Position numbers and translations under genes: made by a program. Of a DNA stretch of 64,000 nt, positions 51,439-61,913 are shown one piece after another (position 1 is the stretch's first letter; every line of letters begins with the position of its first letter). The stretch is taken from the NCBI GenBank assembly GCA_040767195.1, contig JAXGPA010000003.1:224001-288000 (forward strand), in the 5' to 3' direction. Source of the stretch: Syntrophales bacterium. Its GTDB lineage: Bacteria; Desulfobacterota; Syntrophia; Syntrophales; UBA6807. The notes under the pieces were generated by a model, which saw only the letters and a list, made by a program, of their open reading frames with translations, ran no database searches and was not told the DNA's origin.

Positions 51439-52227
51439 TTAAGAGATGGTTTTTCCTCCGATCTTATGAGTTGAGTGATGTGGTGTCAATGTATCAGTAA
51501 TTCCTTTCTCTCTATGACTCCGCGGCGCAAAGACTAGAAGATATGATACTACGAATACGGCATAACTGAGTTCCCGGATTTCCTGTATCACATGACGCTG
51601 TGAATCGGGCTCATTAATTTCGCTAATACCCGAAAAGATAATAACAGCCCATAGGATTATGAGAAAGAATAAGGAGGGACTCTCATATTTTATCCGGGAT
51701 GTCATTTTCTGGATGGAGGAATGCATGTTGAGCAAGGGAAGAAGGAAAAAGAAAAAGAAAAATCCCATACGAAAGATGTTTTGAGCATCAAAGATTTGAT
51801 AAAAACTGAATTCCCCGGTTTGCAAGAAATGAGTCCACGCACTTCCGCCAGAAAGAGCTTTTAGGTTATGAAAGTTAAATTCGTTCTGAAGGTTAATACG
51901 GGAACACCATGATGGGGTATCGAATCCAATAAGTCTCTGACCCCAGCTGATTTCCTCGCCAAATGACAGCAGGCAGACAAAAAAGAAAATTATTATTATA
52001 ATTCTTGAATTATTTTTGGGCTTAACCGTTTTGAAAATGCAGATCACACAGCCAATCAACCAAAGGAAGGCGCTAAGATACTCGATTAAACCATCTTCGT
52101 TCGTTAAAAATGACAGGTCGTAACTTTTTGCGAGAAAAATCAACGCAACAAGAAGGAGTCCAATCATTGAAACAGTTATGTTTACAGCTCTTGCCCTAAT
52201 GTCATGCATTTTTAAAAAAGACCTCAT
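51439..52227 (-). CDS. low-GC multi-pass membrane hypothetical protein
   Basis: About 5 TM segments; EDGLIE, GEEISWGQR and NLQNEFNFHN motifs; visibly AT-rich DNA. Confidence 0.75.
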   Translation of the reverse strand: MRSFLKMHDIRARAVNITVSMIGLLLVALIFLAKSYDLSFLTNEDGLIEYLSAFLWLIGCVICIFKTVKPKNNSRIIIIIFFFVCLLSFGEEISWGQRLIGFDTPSWCSRINLQNEFNFHNLKALSGGSAWTHFLQTGEFSFYQIFDAQNIFRMGFFFFFFLLPLLNMHSSIQKMTSRIKYESPSLFFLIILWAVIIFSGISEINEPDSQRHVIQEIRELSYAVFVVSYLLVFAPRSHREKGITDTLTPHHSTHKIGGKTIS

Positions 52228-52328
52228 TCCGATTACTTGTAAATAATTTGACTGTTAAACGTCTGTCTTCGGTTCCGGATCATGGCTTGAATGAGCGTGA
52301 TGCCGGTTTACCCGATTCAAGCGGTCCC

Positions 52329-53435
52329 TTACGTCAGAATCGACCGCTTCCCGTTGTACCGGTTCCCGTCGTAGTCTCTTTCGAGATCCACCAGCTTCAG
52401 CTTTCCGATCACCTCCTTCAGGGGGACGCTGGTGATCCGTCCCTGGTTCAGGCTCACCATCCGGCCGAAATCCTCGTTGACGATCATGTCCACGGCGGCG
52501 ATGCCGAACCAGCGGCCCATGAGACGGTCATAAGCAGAAGGGTTCCCGCCCCTCTGCAGGTGGCTCAGGATGACATACCGGGATTCAATGCCCGTGGCCT
52601 CCTCGATGCAGTGGGCGACGTAACGGGCGATGCCGCCCAGGGTCTTGTGGCCGAACTCGTCCACCTTGTCGTCCTTGCAGACCTCCTCCATGCCCTGGAT
52701 CCGGGCGCCCTCGGAAACGACGATGATGCTGTAACGGATTTCCCTGCCTCGTCTTTCCCGGAGAAGCTCCAGGACCCTCTCCATCTCGAAGGGGTGTTCC
52801 GGGATCAGGATGATGTAGGCGCCGCTGCACTCTCCGCCCCGAAGGGCCAGCCACCCGGCGTGCCTTCCCATGGTTTCGACGACGAAAATCCGGCTGTGGG
52901 AACCTGCCGTGGTCCGGAGCCTGTCGATCTCCTCCATGATCACGTTCACCGCCGAGTCGTACCCCAGGGAATAGGCCGTTCCCGCCAGGTCGTTGTCGAT
53001 GGTCTTGGGAATCCCGATGGTCCTGACGCCCAGGTGATGAAGGCGGTAGGCGACGCCCAGGGTATCCTCGCCCCCGATGGCCACGACCACGTCGATTCCC
53101 AGGTCGCGGATGTTCCGGAGAAGTGTCTCCGACCGATCGTGCCGGGTGCTGAAGGGATTCGTCCGGGACGTTCCCAGGTTCGTCCCGCCGTACCGGTCCC
53201 AGGTCCGGACGATTTCCTCGTTCAGGAACTTAAGATGCATCCGCCGGCTTTCCCGGTTCGCGGGGTCCACGTCCAGAAGCCCCTTCCAGCCGTCCATGAC
53301 ACCCAGGACCTCGAAGGTCGTATCCCGCTTTTCCGCCAGTTTCGGGTCCAGGGCCGTCTTGGTTACCCACTTGACGGCGCTGTTCAGCCCGGGACAGTCT
53401 CCCCCGCCGGTGAGAACGGCGATTCTCAGCGTCAT
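52329..53435 (-). CDS. pfkA: phosphofructokinase (group III; PPi-type signature)
   Basis: TGGGDCPGLN, GGTNLGTSR, GGEDT, PKTIDND, ETMGRHAGW. Confidence 0.93.
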   Translation of the reverse strand: MTLRIAVLTGGGDCPGLNSAVKWVTKTALDPKLAEKRDTTFEVLGVMDGWKGLLDVDPANRESRRMHLKFLNEEIVRTWDRYGGTNLGTSRTNPFSTRHDRSETLLRNIRDLGIDVVVAIGGEDTLGVAYRLHHLGVRTIGIPKTIDNDLAGTAYSLGYDSAVNVIMEEIDRLRTTAGSHSRIFVVETMGRHAGWLALRGGECSGAYIILIPEHPFEMERVLELLRERRGREIRYSIIVVSEGARIQGMEEVCKDDKVDEFGHKTLGGIARYVAHCIEEATGIESRYVILSHLQRGGNPSAYDRLMGRWFGIAAVDMIVNEDFGRMVSLNQGRITSVPLKEVIGKLKLVDLERDYDGNRYNGKRSILT

Positions 53436-53445
53436 GGCTGCCTCC

Positions 53446-55119
53446 CTACTCGAGATATCTCAGGTTTTCCCTCTTCATGAAGGAGAAATCGATCTGGTCG
53501 GGCCGGTACGGCAGGGATTCCCGGATGGCATCGGGAATTCTTCCCCACCGGGCCTCGAACTGTTCCAGGTACTCCTGCCGTCCCTTGAGAAAGTTGGCCA
53601 CCTGTTGCTTCAGCCTGTCCTTGTTCTCGAACATGGGATAGGCGTTCATGAAATCCATGTTGGCCCGATCCGTCTTGATGGGAAAATGGTATCCCAGGTG
53701 ATCCGGTTCCGAACCGAACCGGAGCTGAACCCGAAGGAGGTCGTTGTAGGCCGCCAGGGACTGGCGGAGGGAGACCTTCATCTCCTTCTCCCCCATGTGC
53801 CCCGTGTTGGCCTGGTAACACTTGATCCGGTTCTTGCGGATGATCTCGTAGAAGATCATGGCGTGCTCCAGGCGGTCCCCGGCCAGGAACGGGTCGAGGA
53901 AGAAAACCCGTTTGAACTTACCCGCCTGTTCGGGGTCCCCGCCGGTGCTCTCGATGGACTCCCCGTAAATGAACTGCATGGTCGCCTGCTCCGGGGTCAG
54001 CTTGGAGATGACATTGATGAGCGGGTTGCGGGTGAGGATGACGATGTAGTCCACCTGGTCCGCCCGGAGCCCTTTGCTCGCCAGGCCCAGGTTGTCCCGC
54101 CGGACGACGGCCCTGCCGTTTCCCGTTTTGGCCGTGTTCTTGAAGTCGGGCATGTAGGGATACCGGGTGATGGCCACGTTTTCCAGGAAGGCGTCGGAAG
54201 ACAGCGCCGCCCGGAGGATTTCCGGCTGGCTTTCATCGAGACCTTCCGTTTTGATGTAGATGCCTCCCTGCTCGAAGGCGTTGTAACTCCCGTCGTGGCC
54301 CAGGATCCCGCCGTCGTCGCCGATCATCTCGGAGCTCTCCCGGGGCAGCTTGGCCAGTTTCCGGCAGAGCGTCGTCGTTTTCCCCGTGGCTGTCAGACCC
54401 GAAACGCCGGTCACCCGCTCCAGGAGTTCCGGCCGTTCCGACTCGAGATCGTAGATCCACAGGTAATCCCGACGGGCACCGCAGTGAAGGAAGATTCCCT
54501 GCCCGTCGATGGCCTTGGCCCGCCAGTTTTCGAACTGGAAGATGCCCTTCTTGGCTTCCCCGAGATAAATGGTGTTCCGGCATATTTTCACCTGCTCCCC
54601 CCGGCGGTCCCCCATCCACAGGCGGACGGTGATGTCCTTGTCCGCAAGCTTCTTGAACTTGTTCGACTCGTAGGCCTCGTCGGTGAAGTACAGAATCGTG
54701 TAGGTCGGCTGTTCCACCACCCGGGGGGCGGGGTTGTCCTCGAAGAGAAGCTTGAGACCGTAGGCCACCTGGGCGTAATGCGCGGGCATGAGGAAACGGG
54801 CGGTGATCCCGTCCCGGCCGTCACCGATAATGGTGTCCAGGGACACCACCTTTTCCCGCCGGAGGTATTCCACGGCTTTCGCCGCCAGGGCTTCCTCCTC
54901 TTCCCCGAAAGGGTGGTCGACACTGTTTCTCGTGTGGGGCGCGGAACGGGACATGGGTTCCGAGTCCGCCGCCACGGAACCCAGGTTCGTCTGGATGACC
55001 CCCTCGTGGCGAAGAGCGATTTCCTTCAGCTCGTCCAGGGACTTCCCCTCGATGAGCCGGCCCTCCCGCTTGGCGTCGTGGTGGATTTTTTCAACCGCTT
55101 TCTTGAAGTAGTTCGTCAT
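53446..55119 (-). CDS. pckA: phosphoenolpyruvate carboxykinase (ATP-type family, divergent)
   Basis: YLGEAKKG, LHCG, GLTATGKTT, IGDD, EQGGIYIKT, NGRAVV. Confidence 0.82.
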   Translation of the reverse strand: MTNYFKKAVEKIHHDAKREGRLIEGKSLDELKEIALRHEGVIQTNLGSVAADSEPMSRSAPHTRNSVDHPFGEEEEALAAKAVEYLRREKVVSLDTIIGDGRDGITARFLMPAHYAQVAYGLKLLFEDNPAPRVVEQPTYTILYFTDEAYESNKFKKLADKDITVRLWMGDRRGEQVKICRNTIYLGEAKKGIFQFENWRAKAIDGQGIFLHCGARRDYLWIYDLESERPELLERVTGVSGLTATGKTTTLCRKLAKLPRESSEMIGDDGGILGHDGSYNAFEQGGIYIKTEGLDESQPEILRAALSSDAFLENVAITRYPYMPDFKNTAKTGNGRAVVRRDNLGLASKGLRADQVDYIVILTRNPLINVISKLTPEQATMQFIYGESIESTGGDPEQAGKFKRVFFLDPFLAGDRLEHAMIFYEIIRKNRIKCYQANTGHMGEKEMKVSLRQSLAAYNDLLRVQLRFGSEPDHLGYHFPIKTDRANMDFMNAYPMFENKDRLKQQVANFLKGRQEYLEQFEARWGRIPDAIRESLPYRPDQIDFSFMKRENLRYLE

Positions 55120-55205
55120 GAAACAGACACTCCTTTCAGAGATCGTGTAAAAAGGCCGTGGCGGTCCAAAGTGCCCGTGAGGGCTGGCCGTCGATTCCCC
55201 GAGGG

Positions 55206-56072
55206 TCAGTTCGCCCGTTTCGATTCCACGAGGGCTTCGAGTCTTTTTCTGTCTGAAACCCGCCGGTAAAGAGGCAGGTCGCTTTTCCCATAGGGGGGCA
55301 GTCCCTCCTCGAAGGTGGGAACCCCCTCCCGGACGTAGAAAATCCCCAGGGGATAGGGGTCTTTTTCAATGGCCCGGCGGAACGCCTCGACACGGTTTCC
55401 CCGGTCGTGCCCCTCCTCCAGGGGGTAGGTGTTCTTTTTGAACCACTGGAAGGTGTTCAGCCGGTTGAAGGAGACGCAGGGCTGGAAGATGTCCACCAGG
55501 GCGTATCCCCGGTGGCTTATGGCGGCCTTGAGGATCTCCTTCATCTGGTCCCGGTGACCCGTGAAGGCCCGTGCGACAAAGGTGGCGTTCTGGGCGATAG
55601 CCGTCGCCAAGGGGTTGAAAGGCTCGCCGGTGACGCCGTCCACCTGGACGGGCGTGGTGAACCCCGGGCGGCTCGTCGGCGAGGCCTGCCCCTTGGTCAG
55701 GCCGTAGACCATGTTGTTGTGGACGATATTCGTGATGTCGGGGTTGCGCCGTATGGCGTGAAGAAAATGATTTCCCCCCTCGCCGTACATGTCCCCGTCC
55801 CCGCTTTCGGCGATGACCACGAGTCCCGGGCTGGCTGCCTTGATGGCCGTGGCCGGGGGAAGGGCCCGGCCGTGGAGACCGTTGAAGACGTTCGCCCGGA
55901 CGTAGTGGGGCATCTTGGCCGCCTGCCCGATGCCGGAAACGAGAACGAGCTTTTCCGGCGCGATCCCCAGTTCGCTCAGCGTCTCCTTGAGGGTTTCCCA
56001 GATGGCGAAGTTGCCGCAACCGGGGCACCAGGCCACATCGATTTCGCCCATGTCGAAACGGTTGTCGTCCAT
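55206..56072 (-). CDS. 2-oxoacid:ferredoxin oxidoreductase beta subunit
   Basis: WCPGCG, SGIGQ, LHGRA, GDGD TPP motif, [18 protein letters not shown]. Confidence 0.95.
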   Translation of the reverse strand: MDDNRFDMGEIDVAWCPGCGNFAIWETLKETLSELGIAPEKLVLVSGIGQAAKMPHYVRANVFNGLHGRALPPATAIKAASPGLVVIAESGDGDMYGEGGNHFLHAIRRNPDITNIVHNNMVYGLTKGQASPTSRPGFTTPVQVDGVTGEPFNPLATAIAQNATFVARAFTGHRDQMKEILKAAISHRGYALVDIFQPCVSFNRLNTFQWFKKNTYPLEEGHDRGNRVEAFRRAIEKDPYPLGIFYVREGVPTFEEGLPPYGKSDLPLYRRVSDRKRLEALVESKRAN

Positions 56073-56074
56073 CT

Positions 56075-57790
56075 TTATCCCTCCCCTTTGAAAATCTTCC
56101 CGATCCGCTCCACCAGTTCCTCCACGGTAAAGGGCAGGCCGTCATATCTCAAGATTTTCCCCGTCACGGGGATTCCCGTCTCCTTCTCCGCCAGGGCGGC
56201 AAACTGGCCGGTGGCGTTACCCTCTATGGAAATGACCGTTTTGGCCTTTTTCAGATACACGGCGGCGTCCGGCGAAAGCGGGTAGACCTGTGGAAAATGA
56301 AGATACGAGAGTTTTTGTCTTCCGATCAATTCCAACGCTTCCTGGATTATTTTGTCGGTGGACCCCCAGCCGATGAGCAGGGTTTCACAGGATTCGTCGC
56401 CGTGGAGCACGGGGGGAAGGGCTTCCTCCCTCAAGCGCTTTTCCTTTGAAAGCCGTTTGTCCACCATGCGGGCCCGTAGCCCGAGGTTCTCGGTGATGTG
56501 CCCTTCCTCGTCGTGCTCGTCGCTTCCCGCCACGACAAGCCCCCGTCCGAAGCCTGGGATGCCCCGGGGAGAAACGCCGTCCTCCATAAAAGCGTACCGG
56601 CGGTAGGACGGTTCCGTTTCCACGACGGACCGGACCGCCTCCAGGCCGTCCAGGGGCAGTTCGGCCGTGTTGTAGTAAGAATCCATGAAATACTGGTCCG
56701 TGAGAACGAACACCGGTACCTGGTGCCGGTCCGCCGTGTTGAAGGCGCGGGCGGTGAGAGAGACGGCCTCCTCGAGGCTCCCGGGGGCGTAGACGCAGCG
56801 GGGGAACTCACCGTGCCCGGCATAGAGGACCAGGTTCAGGTCCTCCTGCCCCGTCCGCGTGGGCAGTCCCGTCGCAGGCCCGGGGCGCTGGGCCAGGTGT
56901 ACCACCAGGGGGGATTCGAGCATTCCCGCGAGGCTCAGCCCCTCCTCCATGAGGGCAAAACCACCCCCGGAGGTGGAAACGAGGGCCCGGGCGCCGGCAT
57001 ACCAGGCGCCCAGTGCCATGTTGATGGCCGCGATTTCGTCTTCCGCCTGCTCCACGACGATCCCGAACTCGCGGGCGTGCTGGGCCAGGAAAACCATGAC
57101 CGCCGTGGACGGTGACATGGGATAGGCGGACAGGAAATCGCACCCCCCCGCCAAGGCGCCGATGCCCACGGCATCCGCCCCGTTCAGGAGAATGTCGCCT
57201 GCCGCCCGTCGATCCTTTTTCACGGGGACGGTAACCTTCCCCGACCGGGCCAGTTCCTTTCCGGCGTCAAAACCCTTTTCGGCGGCCACGCGGTTGTTCT
57301 CGATGACCGGTCCGCTCATGCCCCCGAAAAATTCGCCGATAAAGGCGTCCAGTTCCTCTCTCGTAATGTCGAACAACCCCGCCACCACGCCCGCGGCGGT
57401 GGTGTTCCCGTAAAGGGCGCCCCCCGCCGCCTCGGCCATGGCCACGAGTGGCACGGGATGAAATACGCCCTTACCGGCTCGCGGTTTTATGACGTCCGGG
57501 TCCCCGATGACCATCGTCCCGGCGGAAATTCTTCCATCCAGGTGGGACAGGGCCTTGTCATCGAGGGGCAGGAGAAGGTCGATCCGATCCACTGGAGCGG
57601 CCACCGGCGCGGAGGAGACCCGGATCAGGGTGGAGTTGGTGCCGCCCCGGACCCGGGACATGTATTCCTTGGTTCCGAAGATGTGGTAACCCGATTTCTT
57701 GAGAATCCGGGTCAGGATCTGCTCCACCGTCTGGATCCCCTGCCCCGCCTCGCCGCAAAGGACAATGGAAAAATCTTTCTTTTCTGTCAC
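56075..57790 (-). CDS. 2-oxoacid:ferredoxin oxidoreductase alpha (gamma-alpha fusion) subunit
   Basis: [41 protein letters not shown] start 57790 chosen. Confidence 0.95.
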   Translation of the reverse strand: MTEKKDFSIVLCGEAGQGIQTVEQILTRILKKSGYHIFGTKEYMSRVRGGTNSTLIRVSSAPVAAPVDRIDLLLPLDDKALSHLDGRISAGTMVIGDPDVIKPRAGKGVFHPVPLVAMAEAAGGALYGNTTAAGVVAGLFDITREELDAFIGEFFGGMSGPVIENNRVAAEKGFDAGKELARSGKVTVPVKKDRRAAGDILLNGADAVGIGALAGGCDFLSAYPMSPSTAVMVFLAQHAREFGIVVEQAEDEIAAINMALGAWYAGARALVSTSGGGFALMEEGLSLAGMLESPLVVHLAQRPGPATGLPTRTGQEDLNLVLYAGHGEFPRCVYAPGSLEEAVSLTARAFNTADRHQVPVFVLTDQYFMDSYYNTAELPLDGLEAVRSVVETEPSYRRYAFMEDGVSPRGIPGFGRGLVVAGSDEHDEEGHITENLGLRARMVDKRLSKEKRLREEALPPVLHGDESCETLLIGWGSTDKIIQEALELIGRQKLSYLHFPQVYPLSPDAAVYLKKAKTVISIEGNATGQFAALAEKETGIPVTGKILRYDGLPFTVEELVERIGKIFKGEG

Positions 57791-58350
57791 GTCACGGGCT
57801 CCTTCCTTCGCGCCATCCTTGAGGAAATCCACCTGCCGGCGGCCTCTTTTTTCTTAAAGTAATCCTTCAGGGAATCACCGGTGCTGGTGAACGCGAGGGT
57901 GTCCCAGGGTATCTCGTCGGGGCGGAAGAGGCGAGCCTCCAGGGTTTCGTCGGCTGCCGTCAGGGCGCCCCCCGTGGCCTTGCCCTCGTAGACGACGATG
58001 ACAACGGAAACGCCGGGGTAGGAGTACACGCCCACGAGATCCCCGATTGCCACTTCCAGCCCCGCCTCCTCCCGGGCCTCCCGGCGGGCCGCCCCGGCAA
58101 CGGTCTCGCCGGCGTCGACAAACCCCCCGGGCAGGACCCACATCCCGAAGGACGGGGAAATCCCCCGGCGCAGGAGCACAACCCGGCCGTCCATGTCGAC
58201 GATGACCGAGGCGGCCAGCTTGGGGTCGATGTAAAAAACGAACCGGCACCCGGGACAGACCAGCCTCTCCGGCTCCCCCGGCTTCAACCTCTTCACGGCG
58301 AGCTTCGCCCCGCAGCGGGGACAGAACCGGTAGTCGTCATTTCCATGCAT
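57787..58350 (-). CDS. NUDIX hydrolase with N-terminal zinc ribbon
   Basis: FCPRCG...CPGC; Nudix box GGFVDAGETVAGAARREAREEAG. Confidence 0.92.
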   Translation of the reverse strand: MHGNDDYRFCPRCGAKLAVKRLKPGEPERLVCPGCRFVFYIDPKLAASVIVDMDGRVVLLRRGISPSFGMWVLPGGFVDAGETVAGAARREAREEAGLEVAIGDLVGVYSYPGVSVVIVVYEGKATGGALTAADETLEARLFRPDEIPWDTLAFTSTGDSLKDYFKKKEAAGRWISSRMARRKEPVT

Positions 58351-58891
58351 GGGAAAGGTGCTCCATGAAATAACGGTAAAAAGCCGCGATAACGAGGGAA
58401 TGGGTGATCTTTCCCTCCCCGATGAGGCGGGGGACCATGTCGACGGGAACGAGGGTCACCACGATGTCTTCACTGGCGTCCAGTTTTTGATTTCCCGCCG
58501 GGTAAGCCCCCTCGGCCAGGTACGTGAAACAGCGGTTGTTCTGGATGGCCGGGTTGGGGTGAACGTAACCGAGAGAGCGCCAGTTTCGGGCGGCGTATCC
58601 CGTTTCCTCCAGCAGTTCCCGGCAGCCGGCCTCTCCCGGCCGGTCTCCCGCCTCGACAAGGCCGCCCGGAATTTCCAGCGTCACGTCCCGGAGGCCGTGA
58701 CGGTACTGGCGGATCATGACGACCTCGCCTTCCGCCGTCACCGGTATGACGTTCACCCAGTCCGCCGATTCGAGAACGAAGAAATTGTGGGCCTCCCCCG
58801 TTCTCGGGGAAACGGCCCGGTCGGTTCGCAGGTGAAAGACACGGTAAGACGTGTCGTAGCGTGTGGAGAGAATTTTCCAGGCTTTCGGCAC
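58337..58891 (-). CDS. NUDIX hydrolase, ADP-ribose pyrophosphatase-like
   Basis: RQYRHG, LEIPGGLVEAGD...RELLEETGY, HPNPA. Confidence 0.92.
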   Translation of the reverse strand: MPKAWKILSTRYDTSYRVFHLRTDRAVSPRTGEAHNFFVLESADWVNVIPVTAEGEVVMIRQYRHGLRDVTLEIPGGLVEAGDRPGEAGCRELLEETGYAARNWRSLGYVHPNPAIQNNRCFTYLAEGAYPAGNQKLDASEDIVVTLVPVDMVPRLIGEGKITHSLVIAAFYRYFMEHLSHAWK

Positions 58892-59148
58892 GAGATGCTT
58901 CCTTTCGCTTTAAAAAAGCGGCCTCCCGGGGGCCGTTCCGACATGCCGGCTGCGGCGTTTTCTTTTTTCAGGGCCGGGACTTCGGCCCCGGGAACAACAC
59001 TTTGGCTAATTATAGTGATTCCGTCGGGGAGGATCAAGAGAAATAGGGGAACTTTCAGCGGGATATCTCTTGAAGAGGGCGAAACGCCTGTGATATAGCG
59101 AAAAAAGCGACCGGCCCGGGAAGGCCTTGGAAGGAGGGAAAACGTCAC

Positions 59149-60474
59149 ATGGAGCGCGTCGACACGGTCCTTTTGGGGGAATGGCTTCTCACCATGGACG
59201 GCCGGGACACCCGTTTCAAAAACGGCGGCATCGCCGTCCGGGGAGACCGGATCGTCGCCGTGGGACCGCGGGAGGTCATCGCCGAACGCTACGAGGGAAG
59301 GGAAACGGTGGACATGCCCCGGGGCCTCATCATGCCAGGCCTCGTCAACAGCCACACCCACGCCGCCATGACCTGCTTCCGGGGAATCGCCGACGACCTG
59401 CCCCTCATGGAATGGCTGAACGACTACATCTTCCCGGCGGAAGCGAAAAATGTGAACCCCGAGCTCGCCTACTGGGGAAGCCTCCTCGCCTGCGCCGAGA
59501 TGATCCTGTCGGGAACGACCACCTTCTGCGACATGTATATCTTCGAGGCGGAAACGGCCCGGGCCGCCCGGGAAGCGGGGGCGCGGTGCCTCCTCGGCGA
59601 GGTTCTCTTCGATTTCCCGTCCCCTTCCGTGAAAACACCGAAAGAAGGCCTGGAATACACGGAACGGATGATCCGGGACTGGGCCGGGGACTCCCTGGTG
59701 AACATCGTCGTCGAACCCCACGCCCTGTACACGTGCTCTCCCGACCTTCTCCGCGAAGCGGGAAAGCTGGCGGAAAAACACCAGGTGCCCATCGCCACGC
59801 ACTTCTTGGAAACAGCGGGGGAAAAGGCGATGCTCGAGGAAAAGCTCGGCCGCAAGCCCGTTCACTACCTCCAGGAACTCGGTTACCTTCACGGCCGTTT
59901 TTTCGCGTTTCATGCCGTGGCCATGGACGAGGAGGACATCAACCTTTTCGCCCGTCACGGCTGCGGGGTGGTCCACAACCCGGAAAGCAACATGAAGCTC
60001 GCTTCCGGCGTGGCTCCCGTGTCGGCCATGCTCCGGGAAGGGGTCACCGTGGGCCTCGGCACCGACGGGTGCGCCAGCAACAACAACCTGGACATGCTCC
60101 AGGAGATGGACACGGCGGCCAAGCTGGAAAAGTGCGCCCGTCTCGACCCCACCATCCAGTCCGCCGAGACGGTGCTCCGGATGGCCACCATCGAGGGGGC
60201 GAAAGTTCTCGGTCTCGACGGCCTGACGGGTTCCCTCGAGGCAGGCAAGAAGGCCGACATCGTGGTCCTCGACATGGGCAAGCCCCACCTCACCCCCCTG
60301 TACAATCCCGTTTCCCACCTGGTCTACGCCGCTTCCGGCGCCGACGTCGATTCCGTCTGGATCGACGGCCGAAGGGTCCTTAAAGAGAGAAAGCTCCTGA
60401 CTGTGGATGTCGAAGCCGTCATGGACCGGGTCCGGCACATTTCGGAACGGATCGCCGGGAGCCTCGCCCCATGA
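59149..60474 (+). CDS. mtaD: 5'-methylthioadenosine/S-adenosylhomocysteine deaminase-like amidohydrolase, copy 1
   Basis: PGLVNSHTH, RGIADDLPLMEWL, HNPESNMKLASG, GTDGCASNNNLD. Confidence 0.88.
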   Translation: MERVDTVLLGEWLLTMDGRDTRFKNGGIAVRGDRIVAVGPREVIAERYEGRETVDMPRGLIMPGLVNSHTHAAMTCFRGIADDLPLMEWLNDYIFPAEAKNVNPELAYWGSLLACAEMILSGTTTFCDMYIFEAETARAAREAGARCLLGEVLFDFPSPSVKTPKEGLEYTERMIRDWAGDSLVNIVVEPHALYTCSPDLLREAGKLAEKHQVPIATHFLETAGEKAMLEEKLGRKPVHYLQELGYLHGRFFAFHAVAMDEEDINLFARHGCGVVHNPESNMKLASGVAPVSAMLREGVTVGLGTDGCASNNNLDMLQEMDTAAKLEKCARLDPTIQSAETVLRMATIEGAKVLGLDGLTGSLEAGKKADIVVLDMGKPHLTPLYNPVSHLVYAASGADVDSVWIDGRRVLKERKLLTVDVEAVMDRVRHISERIAGSLAP

Positions 60475-61817
60475 AAGCGACCCCCTCCGCAGACAGGCTG
60501 GACCTGCTGATCCGGGGCGGGCTGTGCCTGACCCTGAACGCCCGGGGAGACCTGATCGAGAACGGTGAAATCGGCGTTTCCGGCGGGGAGATCCGTTTCG
60601 TCCGCCCGGCGGAGACCGGCGAAGGAACGGCGGCGGAAGAGGTTCTCTCGGCGGCGGGGTGCCTCGTCATGCCCGGTCTCGTCAACACCCACACCCACCT
60701 GCCCATGGTCTTCTTCCGGGGGCTTGCCGACGATCTCCCGCTCATGGACTGGCTCCGCAATTACATCTTCCCCGCCGAAAACCGCCATGTGACCCGGGAA
60801 CTGGTCCGAACCGGTTCGCTCCTGGCCATGGCGGAAATGATTCTCTCGGGAACGACCACCTTCTGCGACGGCTACTTCTACGAGAGCACCATCGCCGAGG
60901 CGGCCCTGGAAACGGGGATGCGAGGCATCCCCTGCCAGGGGTTCATCGACTTCCCCACCATGGACAACCCCGACCCGACCAGAAACGTCATGATCGCCGA
61001 AAACTACGTCAAGAAGTGGCTGGGCCGGTCGCCCCTCGTCACGCCGGCCCTGTTCTGCCACGCCCCTTACACCTGCAGCCCGGAAACCCTCCGGAGCATC
61101 AAGGCGGTGGCCCGGGAGGCGGGCCTTCTCTTCCTGACCCACCTGTCGGAAACCCGGGAAGAAGTCGAAACCATCCAAAGGCAGTTCGGCCGGACCCCGG
61201 GCCGTCACCTGGAGGACCTGGAGGTCCTGGACGAAAAAACCCTGGCCGTCCACTGCAACTGGCTGGACGACGAGGAAATCCGGATTTTCGCGGACCGGGG
61301 GACGAAGGTCTCCCACAACCCGGAAAGTTCCCTCAAGCTGGCCGCCGGCATCGCCCCCGTCCCGAAGATGCTTCGGGAAGGGATCACCGTCGGGTTGGGA
61401 ACGGACGGGTCGGCAAGCAACAACGATCTCGATCTTTTCGGGGAAATGGACACGGCGGCCAAGATCCACAAGGGCGTCTCACTGGACCCGACGGTCATGG
61501 ACGCCGAGACGGTTTTGCGGATGGCCACCATCGAGGGGGCGAAAGCCCTCGGTCTCGACGGCCTCGTCGGCTCTCTCGAAACCGGGAAAAGGGCGGATCT
61601 TATCGTCATCGACCTTAACCGCCCCCACCACGTTCCCTGCTACAATCCTTATTCCCAGGTGGTCTACGCCGCCCGGGGCGCCGATGTCCGGGACGCCGTC
61701 ATCGACGGGAAGATCGTCATGAGAGACCGCCTTCTCCGGACCATCGACCTGCCGCGCCTCCTCGAGGAAGCCGCGAAAACGGCCTCTTCCATCTCACCCC
61801 GGAAGGACTCCCGGTAA
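60471..61817 (+). CDS. mtaD: MTA/SAH deaminase-like amidohydrolase, copy 2
   Basis: PGLVNTHTH, RGLADDLPLMDWL, HLSET, HNPESSLKLAAG, GTDGSASNNDLD; ATGA overlap. Confidence 0.86.
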   Translation: MKATPSADRLDLLIRGGLCLTLNARGDLIENGEIGVSGGEIRFVRPAETGEGTAAEEVLSAAGCLVMPGLVNTHTHLPMVFFRGLADDLPLMDWLRNYIFPAENRHVTRELVRTGSLLAMAEMILSGTTTFCDGYFYESTIAEAALETGMRGIPCQGFIDFPTMDNPDPTRNVMIAENYVKKWLGRSPLVTPALFCHAPYTCSPETLRSIKAVAREAGLLFLTHLSETREEVETIQRQFGRTPGRHLEDLEVLDEKTLAVHCNWLDDEEIRIFADRGTKVSHNPESSLKLAAGIAPVPKMLREGITVGLGTDGSASNNDLDLFGEMDTAAKIHKGVSLDPTVMDAETVLRMATIEGAKALGLDGLVGSLETGKRADLIVIDLNRPHHVPCYNPYSQVVYAARGADVRDAVIDGKIVMRDRLLRTIDLPRLLEEAAKTASSISPRKDSR

Positions 61818-61913
61818 TCGCGCCGGGGCAGGACCCGGGCCTCCCTTGCGTTCGCCGGCAGCACGGGCATGGCCCGCCGCTTCAGGCGCCGTCCGCCATC
61901 TTCGAAGCCCGGT

